Source of the DNA: Kiloniellaceae bacterium
GTDB lineage: Bacteria; Pseudomonadota; Alphaproteobacteria; Kiloniellales; J153
NCBI GenBank assembly: GCA_021776095.1
Contig: JAJFGO010000092.1
Coordinates: 3,188-67,187 of the forward strand
DNA: 64,000 nt
Direction of reading: 5' to 3'
Shown: one piece after another, positions 24,377 to 35,035 of the stretch
Position numbering within the stretch: the first letter of the stretch is position 1
How the letters are laid out: the number at the start of each line of letters is the position of its first letter
Position numbers and translations under genes: made by a program
The notes under the pieces: model-generated
What the model was told of the DNA's origin: nothing
The model's database searches: none
What the model saw: the letters and a program-made list of their open reading frames with translations, nothing else

Positions 24377-25791
24377 GGCGCCGCGCCTTCCGGCTGCTCG
24401 TCCAGATCCTCGCGTTGACCGGGCAGGCTTTCGACCAGGGCGCGGAAGGCCTCGCCGCGGGCCTCGAAATCCGTGAACTGATCGAACGACGCGCAAGCCG
24501 GCGACAAAAGAACCACCGCCCCGCCCTTGCCTTCGGCCAATGCCAAGTCGCGCGCCGAGGGGACCGCCTGATCCAAGGTGCCGCAACGGCTGAGCGCAAC
24601 CTTGCCCTGCAAGGCCTCGGCGAAGGGCGCTTCGGCCTCACCGATCAGGAAGGCATGGGCGATGCGCGCGAAATGCGGCGCCAAGCCGGCGAGCGCGCCT
24701 TGCTTGGCCCGGCCGCCCGCAATCCAATAGATCGGATCGTAGCACGACAGCGCCTTGGCCGCGGCGTCGGGGTTGGTTGCCTTGGAATCGTTGACGTAGG
24801 TGACACCGTCGATGCGTGCGATGGTTTCCTGACGGTGCGGCAGACCGGGGAAGCTGCGCAGGCAGGCGGCGATAATCGGCGGCTCGATACCCGCGACCTT
24901 GCACGCGGCATAGGCCGCGGCCGCGTTCTGCCAGTTGTGCGCGCCGGGCAGAGTCGGAATCTCGCGCAGGTCCATAACCGCCAAACCCTGACCGTCGGTA
25001 TCGTCGTGCAGAATTCCGTTCTGAACGAACACGCCACCCGGGCAGGGTCCTCGCCCGGAAACCGGCACCACGAATTGCTCGTCGGCGGCGCGCAGATCCT
25101 CGAAAATGCCCCGGCAAATCTCGTCGTCGACGCCGACAATCGCGGTACGCGGCCGGGTTTGACGGTGAAAGATCTGGCGCTTGGCCGCGATGTATCCGTC
25201 CAAGCCACCGTGCCGTTCCAAATGATCGGGCGAAATGTTCAACAGCACGGCGATATCGAAAGTGATCGAGTAGGTGAGCTCGAGCTGATAGGACGACATC
25301 TCCAGAACGTAGGTGCCGCCCGCGTCCAGAGCCTCGAGCTGCAGCGCCGGCGTTCCCAGGTTGCCGCCGACCGCGACCTCGCGCCCGGCCAACTGAAAGA
25401 TATGACCGATCAAGGCGGTGGTCGTCGATTTTCCGTTGGTCCCGGTGATACCGAGGTACTGCGCGTTCCTTTGCGCCCGGGCCAGGAGCTCTATGTCGCC
25501 GATGATCTCGGCATTATGGGCGCGCGCCTGCGCGGCGGCCGGGTGCGGCGCCGGGTGGGTGTGCGGGATACCTGGCGAGATAACGAGCGACGTCGGCTGC
25601 TGCCAGTTGCAGGTGTTCAAATCGACCAGCGGCACGTCCTTGGCGCGCGCGGCGGCGCGCGTGTCTTCATTGTCGTCCCAGGCCCAAACCTCGGCACCGG
25701 CCGTGTGCAGGGCACGCGCCGCGGCGAGGCCCGATTTGCCGAGCCCCAGCACCGCCACCGGAAGGCCGTTGAAGAAGCTGAGATCGATCAC
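24373..25791 (-). CDS. murD: UDP-N-acetylmuramoylalanine--D-glutamate ligase
   Basis: Rossmann N-terminus (VLGLGKSGLAAARAL) and the Mur ligase P-loop ITGTNGKSTTT. Confidence 0.95.
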   Translation of the reverse strand: MIDLSFFNGLPVAVLGLGKSGLAAARALHTAGAEVWAWDDNEDTRAAARAKDVPLVDLNTCNWQQPTSLVISPGIPHTHPAPHPAAAQARAHNAEIIGDIELLARAQRNAQYLGITGTNGKSTTTALIGHIFQLAGREVAVGGNLGTPALQLEALDAGGTYVLEMSSYQLELTYSITFDIAVLLNISPDHLERHGGLDGYIAAKRQIFHRQTRPRTAIVGVDDEICRGIFEDLRAADEQFVVPVSGRGPCPGGVFVQNGILHDDTDGQGLAVMDLREIPTLPGAHNWQNAAAAYAACKVAGIEPPIIAACLRSFPGLPHRQETIARIDGVTYVNDSKATNPDAAAKALSCYDPIYWIAGGRAKQGALAGLAPHFARIAHAFLIGEAEAPFAEALQGKVALSRCGTLDQAVPSARDLALAEGKGGAVVLLSPACASFDQFTDFEARGEAFRALVESLPGQREDLDEQPEGAAP

Positions 25792-25804
25792 GCGACGCGC
25801 CCCC

Positions 25805-26893
25805 TCATCTCAGCTTCAGGCTCGACAGGCCGGCCAGGGCCAGGATCGAGGCGATGATCCAAAATCGGATCACGATGGTCGGTTCGGCCCAGCCCTTCTG
25901 CTCGAAGTGATGGTGCAAGGGCGCCATGCGGAATACGCGCTTCCCGGTCATCTTGAAGGACGCCACCTGCACGATGACCGAAACGGTCTCGAGCACGAAC
26001 AGGCCGCCGATGATCGCCAGTACCAACTCGTGCTTGGTCACCACCGCGACCCCGCCCAAGGCGCCGCCGCACGAGAGCGAACCGGTATCGCCCATGAACA
26101 CCATGGCGGGCGGCGCGTTGAACCACAGAAAACCCAAGCTGGCCCCAACCAGGGCGGAGCAGAACACGGCCAACTCGCCGCTGCCGGCGACGTACTGCAG
26201 CTGCAGGTAATTCGAGAACACCGAGTTCCCGACCAGATAGGCGATCAGCGCGAAACACCCCGCCGCGATCATCACCGGCACAATCGCCAGGCCGTCCAGA
26301 CCGTCGGTCAGATTGACCGCGTTGGAGGCGCCGACCATGACGAAGACCGCGAAGGGAATGAAGAACCACCCCAGGTTCACCAGGAGGTCCTTGAGAAACG
26401 GGATCGCCAGGTGCGATCCGATTTCGCCGGGGCTCAGCGTGGTGACCCAAGCCGCCGCCGCCGCCGAGATGAGGATCTGCGCCACCAATTTTACGCGTCC
26501 GGGCAGGCCCTTGGAATTGCGCCGGGTCAGCTTCAGGTAATCGTCGGCGAATCCGATCAACCCGAAGCCGCATGTGACGATCAGAACGGCCCAGACATAG
26601 CCGTTGCTCAGGTCGGCCCACAACAAGGTCGAGATGGTGATGGCCAAGAGAATCATCAGGCCGCCCATGGTCGGCGTGCCCTGCTTGGTCAGCAGGTGAC
26701 TGGCCGGGCCGTCGCTGCGGATCGGCTGCCCCTCGCGCTGTCGCGCGCGTAGCCAATTAATGATTCGTGGGCCCAGCAGAAAGCTGATGAGCAAGGCGGT
26801 CATGACCGCCGCGCCGCTGCGAAAGGTGATGTAGCGGAACACGTTGAAAATGCTGAAATCGTCGGCCAGCGGAACCAGGAGGTGATAGAGCAT
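25805..26893 (-). CDS. mraY: phospho-N-acetylmuramoyl-pentapeptide transferase
   Basis: Polytopic membrane protein with [20 protein letters not shown] and MGDTGS motifs. Confidence 0.96.
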   Translation of the reverse strand: MLYHLLVPLADDFSIFNVFRYITFRSGAAVMTALLISFLLGPRIINWLRARQREGQPIRSDGPASHLLTKQGTPTMGGLMILLAITISTLLWADLSNGYVWAVLIVTCGFGLIGFADDYLKLTRRNSKGLPGRVKLVAQILISAAAAAWVTTLSPGEIGSHLAIPFLKDLLVNLGWFFIPFAVFVMVGASNAVNLTDGLDGLAIVPVMIAAGCFALIAYLVGNSVFSNYLQLQYVAGSGELAVFCSALVGASLGFLWFNAPPAMVFMGDTGSLSCGGALGGVAVVTKHELVLAIIGGLFVLETVSVIVQVASFKMTGKRVFRMAPLHHHFEQKGWAEPTIVIRFWIIASILALAGLSSLKLR

Positions 26894-26906
26894 GCCGTCG
26901 CCTCGC

Positions 26907-28331
26907 CTAGTTACCGTTCGCCGCGCGCGGCGTGCTTAGATCTTGTTTGAGAACCGCATCGACCACGACGGCCATGCGGCTGCCCAAGGAACCTTTCACC
27001 AGGATGACGTCGCCGGGGCCGAGGGTATCCAGAACCCGGGCGACCACGGCTTGGGAGTCCGCGGCGTGTCCGCCGCGCATGGCCGCGGGCAAAGCGTCTT
27101 GCAACCGGGCCATGTCGGACCCGCAAGTGATCACCAGGTCGACGCCTGCATGGCTGAGCGGACCGGCCAGGCCGCGATGGGCCTCGGCGGCGAGGGCGCC
27201 CAGCTCCAGCATGTCACCCAGGACGGCGATGCGCCGCCCGCCCGGGCCGGTCTCAGCCCGGCTCAACACGTCGAAGGCGGCCCCCATGGAGGCCGGGCTG
27301 GCGTTGTAGGCATCGTCGATCAGCAGAATTTGGCCGCCGGGGATATCCAGGGCGTGACGCACGCCCCGGCCCTGGACCGGCGTCAGTTTGGCCAGGTGCG
27401 AGGCCGCCGCCGGCATGTCCGCACCCAGCGCCGTCACCGTAGCCAAGACCGCCAGTGAATTGGCCACCCAATGGACGCCCGGCAGGGAAATCGTGTAGTT
27501 GACGGGCGCACCGTAAACCTCGGCGCGTATGCTGCTGTCCTCGGCGTTCAGAGTTGCCTCGATCGCGCGGACATCCGCGTCGCCGTGGCGGCCGAAGGTG
27601 ATGACGCGGCGCAGGCCGGCGGCCCGGGCGTGTTTGTTCAAGCGCTCGAAATGCGGGTTGTCTCGGTTCAGGACCGCCGAACCTTCCGGCGTCATACCCG
27701 CGAAGACCTCCGCCTTGGCGTCGGCGATCTCCTCGACCGAGGCAAAGTGGCCGATATGAACCGCCTCCACGGTGGTGATCAGGGCGACGTTCGGCTTCAG
27801 CAGTTCGCTTAGATCGCGCAGTTCGCCGGGATGATTCATGCCCAGCTCGAACACGCCGTAGACGGCCTGGCGCGACATGCGCGCCAAGCTGAGCGGCAGG
27901 CCCCAATGATTGTTGAGTCCGCCCAGGTTGGCGGACACCGATGCCTGGGCGCCGAGGCACTTGGCGATCGCCTCCTTGGTGCCGGTCTTGCCGACGCTGC
28001 CGGTCACGCCAACGAAGCGGGCCTGGCTGCGCGCCCGGGCCGCCGCACCCAGGCGCCACAAGGCGGCCAAGGTGTCGTCGACCGTCAGCACCGGGCCGCC
28101 CGCCCGGCCCTCGAGCGGCCGGTGGACCATCGCCGCGGCGGCGCCGGCGGCGAAAGCCTTAGCGATGAAATCGTGACCGTCGAAGCTCGGCCCCTTCAGG
28201 GCGACGAAGAGGTCGCCGGGGCGCAAGGACCGGGTATCGATCGAGACGCCGGTGGCGCGCCAATTCGCCGAATTACGGCCACCGGTGGCTTCAGCCGCCT
28301 CCTGGGCGCTCCAGAGAACCTCTTGCTTCAC
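26907..28331 (-). CDS. murF: UDP-N-acetylmuramoyl-tripeptide--D-alanyl-D-alanine ligase
   Basis: Mur ligase P-loop [13 protein letters not shown]. The GTG start overlaps the murE stop as GTGA. Confidence 0.93.
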   Translation of the reverse strand: MKQEVLWSAQEAAEATGGRNSANWRATGVSIDTRSLRPGDLFVALKGPSFDGHDFIAKAFAAGAAAAMVHRPLEGRAGGPVLTVDDTLAALWRLGAAARARSQARFVGVTGSVGKTGTKEAIAKCLGAQASVSANLGGLNNHWGLPLSLARMSRQAVYGVFELGMNHPGELRDLSELLKPNVALITTVEAVHIGHFASVEEIADAKAEVFAGMTPEGSAVLNRDNPHFERLNKHARAAGLRRVITFGRHGDADVRAIEATLNAEDSSIRAEVYGAPVNYTISLPGVHWVANSLAVLATVTALGADMPAAASHLAKLTPVQGRGVRHALDIPGGQILLIDDAYNASPASMGAAFDVLSRAETGPGGRRIAVLGDMLELGALAAEAHRGLAGPLSHAGVDLVITCGSDMARLQDALPAAMRGGHAADSQAVVARVLDTLGPGDVILVKGSLGSRMAVVVDAVLKQDLSTPRAANGN

Positions 28332-29827
28332 TGGGCGTCTCCGCCGGCTTGAAGCGTGCCGCCCGCCTCGCTCAAGGCGGCGCGGGCGACCTCGCGGTCG
28401 TCGAAGGGCAGCACCTCGGTGCCGACGATCTGGCCGGACTCATGACCCTTTCCGGCGATAATCAAACTGTCCCCGGGGCCGAGTTCCCCAATGGCCGTCA
28501 CAATGGCGTCCTTGCGGTCGGCGATCTCCCGGGCGCCGGGCGCCGCCGCCAGGATCGGGCGGCGAATGGCAACCGGGTCTTCGGTCCGCGGGTTGTCGTC
28601 GGTGACGATCACGCGGTCGGCCAGACGGGACGCGATCTCGCCCATCATGGGGCGTTTGCCCTGGTCCCGGTCGCCGCCGCAGCCGACAACCACGCTGAGC
28701 TTGCCGTGGGTGTGCGGCCGTACCGCCTTCAGCACCGCTTCGAGCGCCCCCGGTTTGTGGGCGTAGTCGACATAGACATGGCCGCCCGACGGCGTCTCGC
28801 CGACCGGCTCGAGGCGGCCGGGCACGCCTTTCAGGCCAGCCAGCACGCCGATCGCCGCGATTTCCTCGGCGCCCGATGCCAGCACCAAGCCCAAGGCCGC
28901 CAGGGCGTTAAAGGCCTGGAAGGTGCCGGCGACCTTGAGCGAGACGCTGTGGCCGCGGCCGAAGACCTCCAGGTCCAGATCGAGTCCTGTCGGGCCCGGT
29001 GTCTGGCGCAGCAGGCGCAAATCCGAGGGGCCGCTGCCGAAGGTGATGAGTTTTAGCCCGCGCGCCGCGCAGGCATCGCGGATCTGCGCGGCCTCGGGCA
29101 TGTCGAGATTGAGAACCGCTATGCCGCCGGGCGCCACGAGCTCGCTGAACAAGCGCAGCTTGGCGGCCAGGTAGGCCGCCATGTCGGCGTGATAGTCCAG
29201 GTGATCGCGCGACAGGTTGGTGAAAGCCGCGGCCGAGATGGCGACACCGTCGAGGCGGTATTGATCGAGCCCATGACTCGACGCCTCCATGACCAGCCGC
29301 TCCACGCCCTCGCGCGCCAACTGTGTCAGGCAGGCCTGCAATTCGACCGGATCCGGCGTGGTCAGGGATTTCGGCGCGCCGGGACGGGCCGGCTCCAAGC
29401 CAAGGGTCCCCAGACTGGCCGCCTTGTAGCCGAGGGCGGCCCAGATTTGCCGCGCGAAGCTGGCGACCGAGGTCTTCCCGCTGGTCCCGGTCACGGCCGC
29501 GACGAAGGCCGGCTGCGCGCCGTGGAAGCGGGCCGCCAAACGCGCCAGTTCCCGGCGCGGGTTCGCGGCGGTCACCAAGGCGACCGGCCGGTCGTAGGTT
29601 TTCAGCTTGGTGCCGTCCGGCGCCAAGATCGCGGTGGCGCCCTTTTCGACCGCTTGGTCGATGAAGTCGCGGCCGTCCGCACGGCTGCCGGGTAAAGCGG
29701 CGAACAGGAATCCGGGCGCAACGGCGCGGCTGTCCGCGGTCAACCCCCGGATGTCCGGATCGTTCGAAACCGGCAATTCGGTTTGCATGTCTTTCGCTCT
29801 ATCCGCCAGCAATTCGGTTAATCTCAA
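28328..29827 (-). CDS. murE: UDP-N-acetylmuramoyl-L-alanyl-D-glutamate--2,6-diaminopimelate ligase
   Basis: LTADSRAVAPGFLFAAL N-terminal motif, P-loop VTGTSGKTS, and the DNPR motif (TDDNPRTEDP) typical of DAP-adding MurE. TTG start lies 1 nt after the ftsI stop. An alternative ATG is at 29788. Confidence 0.93.
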   Translation of the reverse strand: MRLTELLADRAKDMQTELPVSNDPDIRGLTADSRAVAPGFLFAALPGSRADGRDFIDQAVEKGATAILAPDGTKLKTYDRPVALVTAANPRRELARLAARFHGAQPAFVAAVTGTSGKTSVASFARQIWAALGYKAASLGTLGLEPARPGAPKSLTTPDPVELQACLTQLAREGVERLVMEASSHGLDQYRLDGVAISAAAFTNLSRDHLDYHADMAAYLAAKLRLFSELVAPGGIAVLNLDMPEAAQIRDACAARGLKLITFGSGPSDLRLLRQTPGPTGLDLDLEVFGRGHSVSLKVAGTFQAFNALAALGLVLASGAEEIAAIGVLAGLKGVPGRLEPVGETPSGGHVYVDYAHKPGALEAVLKAVRPHTHGKLSVVVGCGGDRDQGKRPMMGEIASRLADRVIVTDDNPRTEDPVAIRRPILAAAPGAREIADRKDAIVTAIGELGPGDSLIIAGKGHESGQIVGTEVLPFDDREVARAALSEAGGTLQAGGDAQ

Positions 29828-29828
29828 G

Positions 29829-31598
29829 TCAGTTCGCCGCTATCCGTTGCGCCTTCGCCAGCTGCGCCCGTTTCAACGTCCGCCGCAGGAGACGCTCACT
29901 CGTCTCGGTCTCGAAACCATCGGCGGCCGGCGCGATACCCAAGATCGGTGCGATCCGTTCAACGACATTGCGCATGGCCGGCGCCGCGACCCAACCGCCG
30001 GTCGCGTAATTATGGGTTTCCTTCGTGCCCTTGGGTTCGTCGACCATTATCAGAACCACGTAGCGCGGATCGTTCATGGGAAAGGCGCCGACGAAGGACG
30101 CCATCCGCTTGTTCCTGGCATATCGGCCTTTGACCAGCTTGTCCGAGGTTCCGGTCTTGCCGCCGACCAAATACCCTTTGCTGTCGGCCTTACGTCCGGT
30201 GCCTTGACGCACGACCAGGCGCATCAGATCGCCCATGACCCGCGAGGTGGCTTCGCTGATCACCCGTTCGCCGGCCAGGGGTTCCTCGGGATCGCGGCGC
30301 AACAAGGTCGGGGCGATCAGCTCGCCGCCGTTGACGATGGCGGAGACCGCGCTGGCGACCTGTATGGGGCTGACCGCGATGCCGTGGCCATAGGAGATCG
30401 TCAAGGTGTTAATTTCGCGCCAGGGAGAGGGCAACAGTGGCGGGCTGACCTCGCCCAACTCGATCCCCGTCTCGCGAGTCAGGCCGAGCCCGCTCAAGAA
30501 GTCCTGCTGCGCGCGCGTGCCGATTTCCATGGCCATGTGCGCGGTGCCGATATTGCTGGAATAAATGAAGATTTCCGGAATCGACAGGCGCCGGTTCTTG
30601 GGTTTGTAATCGTTGATCGTGTAACGCGCGACCCGGATCGGCTTGCTGGTATCGAAGCCGTCGTTGAGCTTGACCGCGCCGCTGTCCAGGGCCTGGGCCG
30701 TGGTGAAAATCTTGAACACCGAGCCCATCTCGTAGAGGCCGAGGCTGGCGCGGTTGAAGCGCTGGTCCGCCGACGCGACACGTGCTTGATTGGGGTCGAA
30801 ATCCGGCAACGAAGCCATGGCCAGGGTCTCGCCATTTCGCACGTCCAAGACGACGCCCGCGGCCCCGACCGCGTCGAAGGTTTGCATGGCCGCGGCCAAT
30901 TCCTCGGTCAGGACATGCTGAACCCGCACATCCAGGCTCAGGCGCAGCGGTGCATCGCTGGTCTTGAGAGTCTTGTCGAAAGCGCGCTCGATTCCGGCCA
31001 ACCCCTTGGTGTCAATATTGCTGAAGCCGACCACATGGGCGGCGAGGTTGCGGTTCGGATAGATCCTTTGCACGCCATGCCGGAAGTCCAGGCCGGGAAA
31101 GCCCAGGCTATTGACCGCGTGCTGATCGCGCGGCGTCAGGTTGCGCTTAATCCAGACGAAGTCGCGATCGCTCGACAGCTTGCCGAAAATTTCGTCGTAA
31201 GATTCGCCGGACAGGATCTCGGCCAAGGCGGCGGCGGTCTCTGCCGGATCGCGGATCATATTCGGGTCGGCATACAGCGAAGCGGTCGGCACGCTGGTGG
31301 CCAGGACCACCCCGTGACGGTCGACGATATCGGCGCGGCCATGGCCCAGGCCCGGCGCCGACGACTGCGCGACACGCGGCACCGCGCCGTCGCCCCACAA
31401 CGCCAGGTCGACCAGCCGGCCGCCGACCACGGCAAAAGCCAGAGCGAAGATCACACCGGCGACCAGCAGACGGGTCCGGCCGGTTTCCAAGGCCGCCGCG
31501 ACATCCCCGGTCAAAAGGTACTCGGCCCGGGCGCGCGTAGGCAGACGCGGGGCGCCGCGCCGGTTTACTTTCCTGGTCCTCGAGTTGGCGCCGGTCAT
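29829..31598 (-). CDS. ftsI: peptidoglycan D,D-transpeptidase FtsI (PBP3)
   Basis: N-terminal TM, PBP dimerisation domain, and transpeptidase motifs SVFK (MGSVFKIF), SSN (YSSNIG) and KTG (GGKTGTS). It occupies only the 3' 1770 nt of track ORF 29829..32336. ATG 31598 overlaps the ftsL stop as ATGA. Confidence 0.93.
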   Translation of the reverse strand: MTGANSRTRKVNRRGAPRLPTRARAEYLLTGDVAAALETGRTRLLVAGVIFALAFAVVGGRLVDLALWGDGAVPRVAQSSAPGLGHGRADIVDRHGVVLATSVPTASLYADPNMIRDPAETAAALAEILSGESYDEIFGKLSSDRDFVWIKRNLTPRDQHAVNSLGFPGLDFRHGVQRIYPNRNLAAHVVGFSNIDTKGLAGIERAFDKTLKTSDAPLRLSLDVRVQHVLTEELAAAMQTFDAVGAAGVVLDVRNGETLAMASLPDFDPNQARVASADQRFNRASLGLYEMGSVFKIFTTAQALDSGAVKLNDGFDTSKPIRVARYTINDYKPKNRRLSIPEIFIYSSNIGTAHMAMEIGTRAQQDFLSGLGLTRETGIELGEVSPPLLPSPWREINTLTISYGHGIAVSPIQVASAVSAIVNGGELIAPTLLRRDPEEPLAGERVISEATSRVMGDLMRLVVRQGTGRKADSKGYLVGGKTGTSDKLVKGRYARNKRMASFVGAFPMNDPRYVVLIMVDEPKGTKETHNYATGGWVAAPAMRNVVERIAPILGIAPAADGFETETSERLLRRTLKRAQLAKAQRIAAN

Positions 31599-31951
31599 TG
31601 AAGCTCCCCTTGGTCGCTTGCCGCCGGCCGTGTGCCTTCGGCGAGCAGGTCGGTGTCGGGTGAAATTCGGTCCAAGGCGCGCGGCGGCAGATCGTTCAAG
31701 TGGATCAAGCGGGCCGACCCGCTGTGCTGCATGCCCAAGTGCTTCGTCGCCATTTCGGCGATCCACGCCGGCCGGTTGAGATAGGTCCATTCGCCGCGCA
31801 TCACCTTGATCATTTCGCGGTGGGTCACGATGGTGCGATTGACCTGCGCCAGTTCTTTTTCCATGTCGCCGAATTGCTGCTTTAGGTGAAACAGCGTTAC
31901 CGCGATCGCCAGGGTCACGGTAACGGTAAGGGGAATCGCGAAACGCCTCAT
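31595..31951 (-). CDS. ftsL: cell division protein FtsL
   Basis: 118-aa bitopic protein with a TM ([18 protein letters not shown]) followed by a coiled coil. It sits in the canonical slot between rsmH and ftsI. ATG 31951 overlaps the rsmH stop as ATGA. Confidence 0.8.
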   Translation of the reverse strand: MRRFAIPLTVTVTLAIAVTLFHLKQQFGDMEKELAQVNRTIVTHREMIKVMRGEWTYLNRPAWIAEMATKHLGMQHSGSARLIHLNDLPPRALDRISPDTDLLAEGTRPAASDQGELQ

Positions 31952-33030
31952 GCCGCCCACCCGGCGGTCTCGCCGTTCGCCGGCCACGCGGGGGCGCCGG
32001 TCCGTTCGGCGGCCCGCAGCCTGGCGGAACGGGCGCGCGGATTTGCGCCGCACTCCGCCTGGCTGGGCCGGCAAGGACCCTTGAAAAGAAGCTTGAAGGT
32101 GGGGCTTGGTGCCCCGTCAGGCGTTTCGGGAAGGTGTCGGGGGCCACGCGGTTGGCCGCCGCTGCGTCGCCTAAGGAAGTCTTTGACGATCCGGTCTTCC
32201 AAACTGTGGAATGCGACGACCGCCAGCCTGCCGCCGGGCGCCAGCAAGCGTTCTGCCGCCCGCAAGCCCCGTTCCAACTCGCCCAGCTCGTCATTGACAT
32301 AGATGCGCAGCGCTTGAAACGTGCGGGTCGCGTCATCGATTCCAGGGCCGTCGCGCCGCTGGCGGGAAACCGCGCCGCGCACGATGTCGGCCAGGTGCCC
32401 GGTGCGCTCTATCCGGCCCAGACGGCGCGCGGCAACGATCGCGCGCGCGACCTGCCGGGCCCGCCGCTCCTCGCCGAAACGCTTGATGATGGCGGCGAGG
32501 TCTTCTTCCGGCATGTCATTGACCACATCGGCCGCGCTGGGTTGCTCGCCGTCTTGCTCCCGGTCCTTCCCCGGACCTTCCATACGCATGTCGAGCATGG
32601 CGTCGAAGCGGAACGAAAAGCCGCGCTCTGGCTCGTCGATCTGCATGGAGGAAACGCCCAGGTCGAGCACCACGCCGTCGACCGCCTCGACGCCGCGGTC
32701 GCGCAAATGCCGGTCCATGTCGCCGAAGCGCCCGGCGATCACGGTCAAGCGGCCCGGATAGCGGCGCACCAGAGCGGCGGCCCGAGCGACCGCTTCCGGG
32801 TCGCGGTCGATGCCGTATACGGTGGCCTGTGCCGCCTCGAGGATGGCCTGGGTGTAGCCGCCGGCGCCGAAAGTGCCGTCGACGTAGATGGCGTCGTCGC
32901 GCGGTGCCAGGGCCTCGATCACCTCGCGCAGCATGACCGGCGTGTGCCCGCCGGATGACTGAGCGCCTGGCGATAGGCCCGCCCGGGTGCCGCGCGATTC
33001 TGACGCCGGGCCGCGCTTGTGCTCGGTCAT
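31948..33030 (-). CDS. rsmH: 16S rRNA (cytosine1402-N4)-methyltransferase
   Basis: [17 protein letters not shown] and [10 protein letters not shown] motifs of RsmH/MraW. ATG 33030 overlaps the mraZ stop as ATGA. Confidence 0.94.
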   Translation of the reverse strand: MTEHKRGPASESRGTRAGLSPGAQSSGGHTPVMLREVIEALAPRDDAIYVDGTFGAGGYTQAILEAAQATVYGIDRDPEAVARAAALVRRYPGRLTVIAGRFGDMDRHLRDRGVEAVDGVVLDLGVSSMQIDEPERGFSFRFDAMLDMRMEGPGKDREQDGEQPSAADVVNDMPEEDLAAIIKRFGEERRARQVARAIVAARRLGRIERTGHLADIVRGAVSRQRRDGPGIDDATRTFQALRIYVNDELGELERGLRAAERLLAPGGRLAVVAFHSLEDRIVKDFLRRRSGGQPRGPRHLPETPDGAPSPTFKLLFKGPCRPSQAECGANPRARSARLRAAERTGAPAWPANGETAGWAA

Positions 33031-33512
33031 GGCGTTGCGCCCCCCGACGCGCGCGGCGTCCGGTCCTTGGCCGCAGCTCTCGCGCGGTTACGGGCCTCTT
33101 CCAAATGTTGCTTGAGCGCCTCCGGTTCCCAGATCTGAAAGATCGGTCCCTTGCCGACAAAGGCGGCCCGATCGGTGATTCCGGCAAACTCGGTCAACTC
33201 AGCGGGCAAGTTGACCCGGCCCTCGCTATCCAAGGTCAGAGGGTCGGAACCGCCAAATACGTTCGTCGCCAAATCATTTTGATCGACGGAGAACGCGTTG
33301 AGCGATTCCATGCTCTCGTTCATTTTTTCCAGAAGGGTCGCGTTGATCCGCTCCAGGAAATCGAGGCCGCAGGCCTCGATCGCATTGTCCCGGATGGATT
33401 TGTAGACGACGAGACCGTCGGAAATTTGGGGGCCTAGAGCTAGACGGAACGCGTGCGGCACCGAGACTCGACCTTTACGGTCGATCTTGTTCTCGGATTT
33501 GCCGACGAACAT
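33027..33512 (-). CDS. mraZ: transcriptional regulator MraZ
   Basis: Two SpoVT-AbrB/MraZ repeats ([10 protein letters not shown] and [10 protein letters not shown]). It is the first gene of the dcw cluster. ATG 33512 ([11 protein letters not shown]) is preferred over the track start at 33626. Confidence 0.92.
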   Translation of the reverse strand: MFVGKSENKIDRKGRVSVPHAFRLALGPQISDGLVVYKSIRDNAIEACGLDFLERINATLLEKMNESMESLNAFSVDQNDLATNVFGGSDPLTLDSEGRVNLPAELTEFAGITDRAAFVGKGPIFQIWEPEALKQHLEEARNRARAAAKDRTPRASGGATP

Positions 33513-33605
33513 GGCCACGCGCTTCTCCCCCGACGGGCACCGCCGGATCTTGCCCCCCGGAAGCCGCCCACACTGCTCTTCTTGACCGCCATATCGTCCC
33601 TCATT

Positions 33606-33640
33606 TGGGACAGACTGGGATATCATGGGCTATGATGGGA
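33606..33640. promoter_or_regulatory. four phased TGGGN direct repeats (candidate MraZ operator)
   Basis: TGGGA (33606-10), TGGGA (33616-20), TGGGC (33626-30) and TGGGA (33636-40) are spaced at exactly 10 bp, 94-128 nt upstream of the mraZ ATG. The motif reads on the plus strand, opposite to mraZ. A TTGACT -35-like hexamer on the minus strand (33645-33640) abuts the array. Confidence 0.55.
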
Positions 33641-33902
33641 GTCAATGCCACCTCAAGTATTCCCTAGGTGGTTAAGAAGCGATTAAAAGACACCTCCGTG
33701 TAGTGATCGGTTCCCGTCATGGAATTTCTGTGGCCCAGGCGGAATAAGACTCTGGGTCAACTGTGTCATGATTTTGTTCTTGTATTGTTCTCTTTGAGGA
33801 GAACGAATGTCAATTCTGTGACCCGGTTCCCCTGGGTCCGGGCACCGGCGGTTCCCCAGTCTCGGCTTGTTGGAGAAAATACTTATTTATCAATCTGATA
33901 AA

Positions 33903-34307
<405 letters not shown>

Positions 34308-34336
34308 TTTCTATCTAGGCGGCCCGGCCGCCGCCG

Positions 34337-35035
34337 TCAATCGAGCCGGCCTGCCATGGCCAAGAGGGCATCGAGACGGGCCGTGGTTTCGCCGTCCGCC
34401 TTAGCGGTCAGAGTCTCCGGGCGGAAGTGGCGGTGGAAGGCACGGACCACGGCGCCGAAGTCCTCTTCCAGGTAGCCGTAACCGAAGGCGGCCAGGCGAC
34501 GCTTTATCTCGGCCGGCGCGGGAACCGGCACCTCGGGCGGGGCTTCGGGCCACAGACCGATCCCGGCCGCCGCCAGGCGGGCCCAAGGGAAAAGCTCGCC
34601 AGGATCCTCCTTGCGCAAGGGCGCCACATCGGAATGGCCGAGGACGCGCGCGGGTGGAATGGCGTGGCGGCTCAAAATATCTCGGCAGAGCGCGATCAGC
34701 GCCGCGATCTGGCCGTCCGGAAAGGCGCGATAGCCGAACTCGTGCCCAGGATTGATCAATTCGATCCCAATGGACCGGGCATTGATATCGCTGGCCCCGG
34801 CCCAAAGGGCGACCCCGGCATGCCAGGCGCGCGCCGCCTCGCTCACGAGCCGGGTGACGGTGCCGTCCTCGTCGATGCAGTAATGCGCGCTGACCTTGGC
34901 CTGGGGATCGCACAGGCGGGCTAGCGCCGTCTCGGCGTCGCGCATGCCGGTATAATGCAGCAACAGGATGTCGACCGCTTGGCCCGGCGGGCGGGCATCG
35001 AAGTTGGGCGAGGGACGCTCGTGCAGGGGCGGCAT
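34337..35035 (-). CDS. N-acetylmuramoyl-L-alanine amidase, AmpD-like (amidase_2) with C-terminal peptidoglycan-binding-like domain
   Basis: NFDARP.. / SAHYCIDEDG / AWHAG / IGIELINPGHE / VLGHSDVAP motifs. ATG 35035 overlaps the upstream gene's stop as TGATG. The track start at 35245 is an extension. Confidence 0.85.
   Translation of the reverse strand: MPPLHERPSPNFDARPPGQAVDILLLHYTGMRDAETALARLCDPQAKVSAHYCIDEDGTVTRLVSEAARAWHAGVALWAGASDINARSIGIELINPGHEFGYRAFPDGQIAALIALCRDILSRHAIPPARVLGHSDVAPLRKEDPGELFPWARLAAAGIGLWPEAPPEVPVPAPAEIKRRLAAFGYGYLEEDFGAVVRAFHRHFRPETLTAKADGETTARLDALLAMAGRLD

Noticed and set aside
22110-24641. 843-aa ORF in the track that looks like a giant MurG fusion
   Set aside because: Only the last 380 codons (from ATG 23252) are MurG. 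The upstream 460 codons are an open alternative frame running across ftsW and the murD 3' end, with Arg/Pro/Gly-rich nonsense typical of high-GC DNA. ftsW (23249-24376) and murD occupy the real frames.
29829-32336. 835-aa ORF suggesting an FtsI with a 245-aa N-terminal extension
   Set aside because: FtsI homology, including its TM anchor, starts at ATG 31598, which overlaps the ftsL stop. The extension is an off-frame read-through of ftsL and rsmH.
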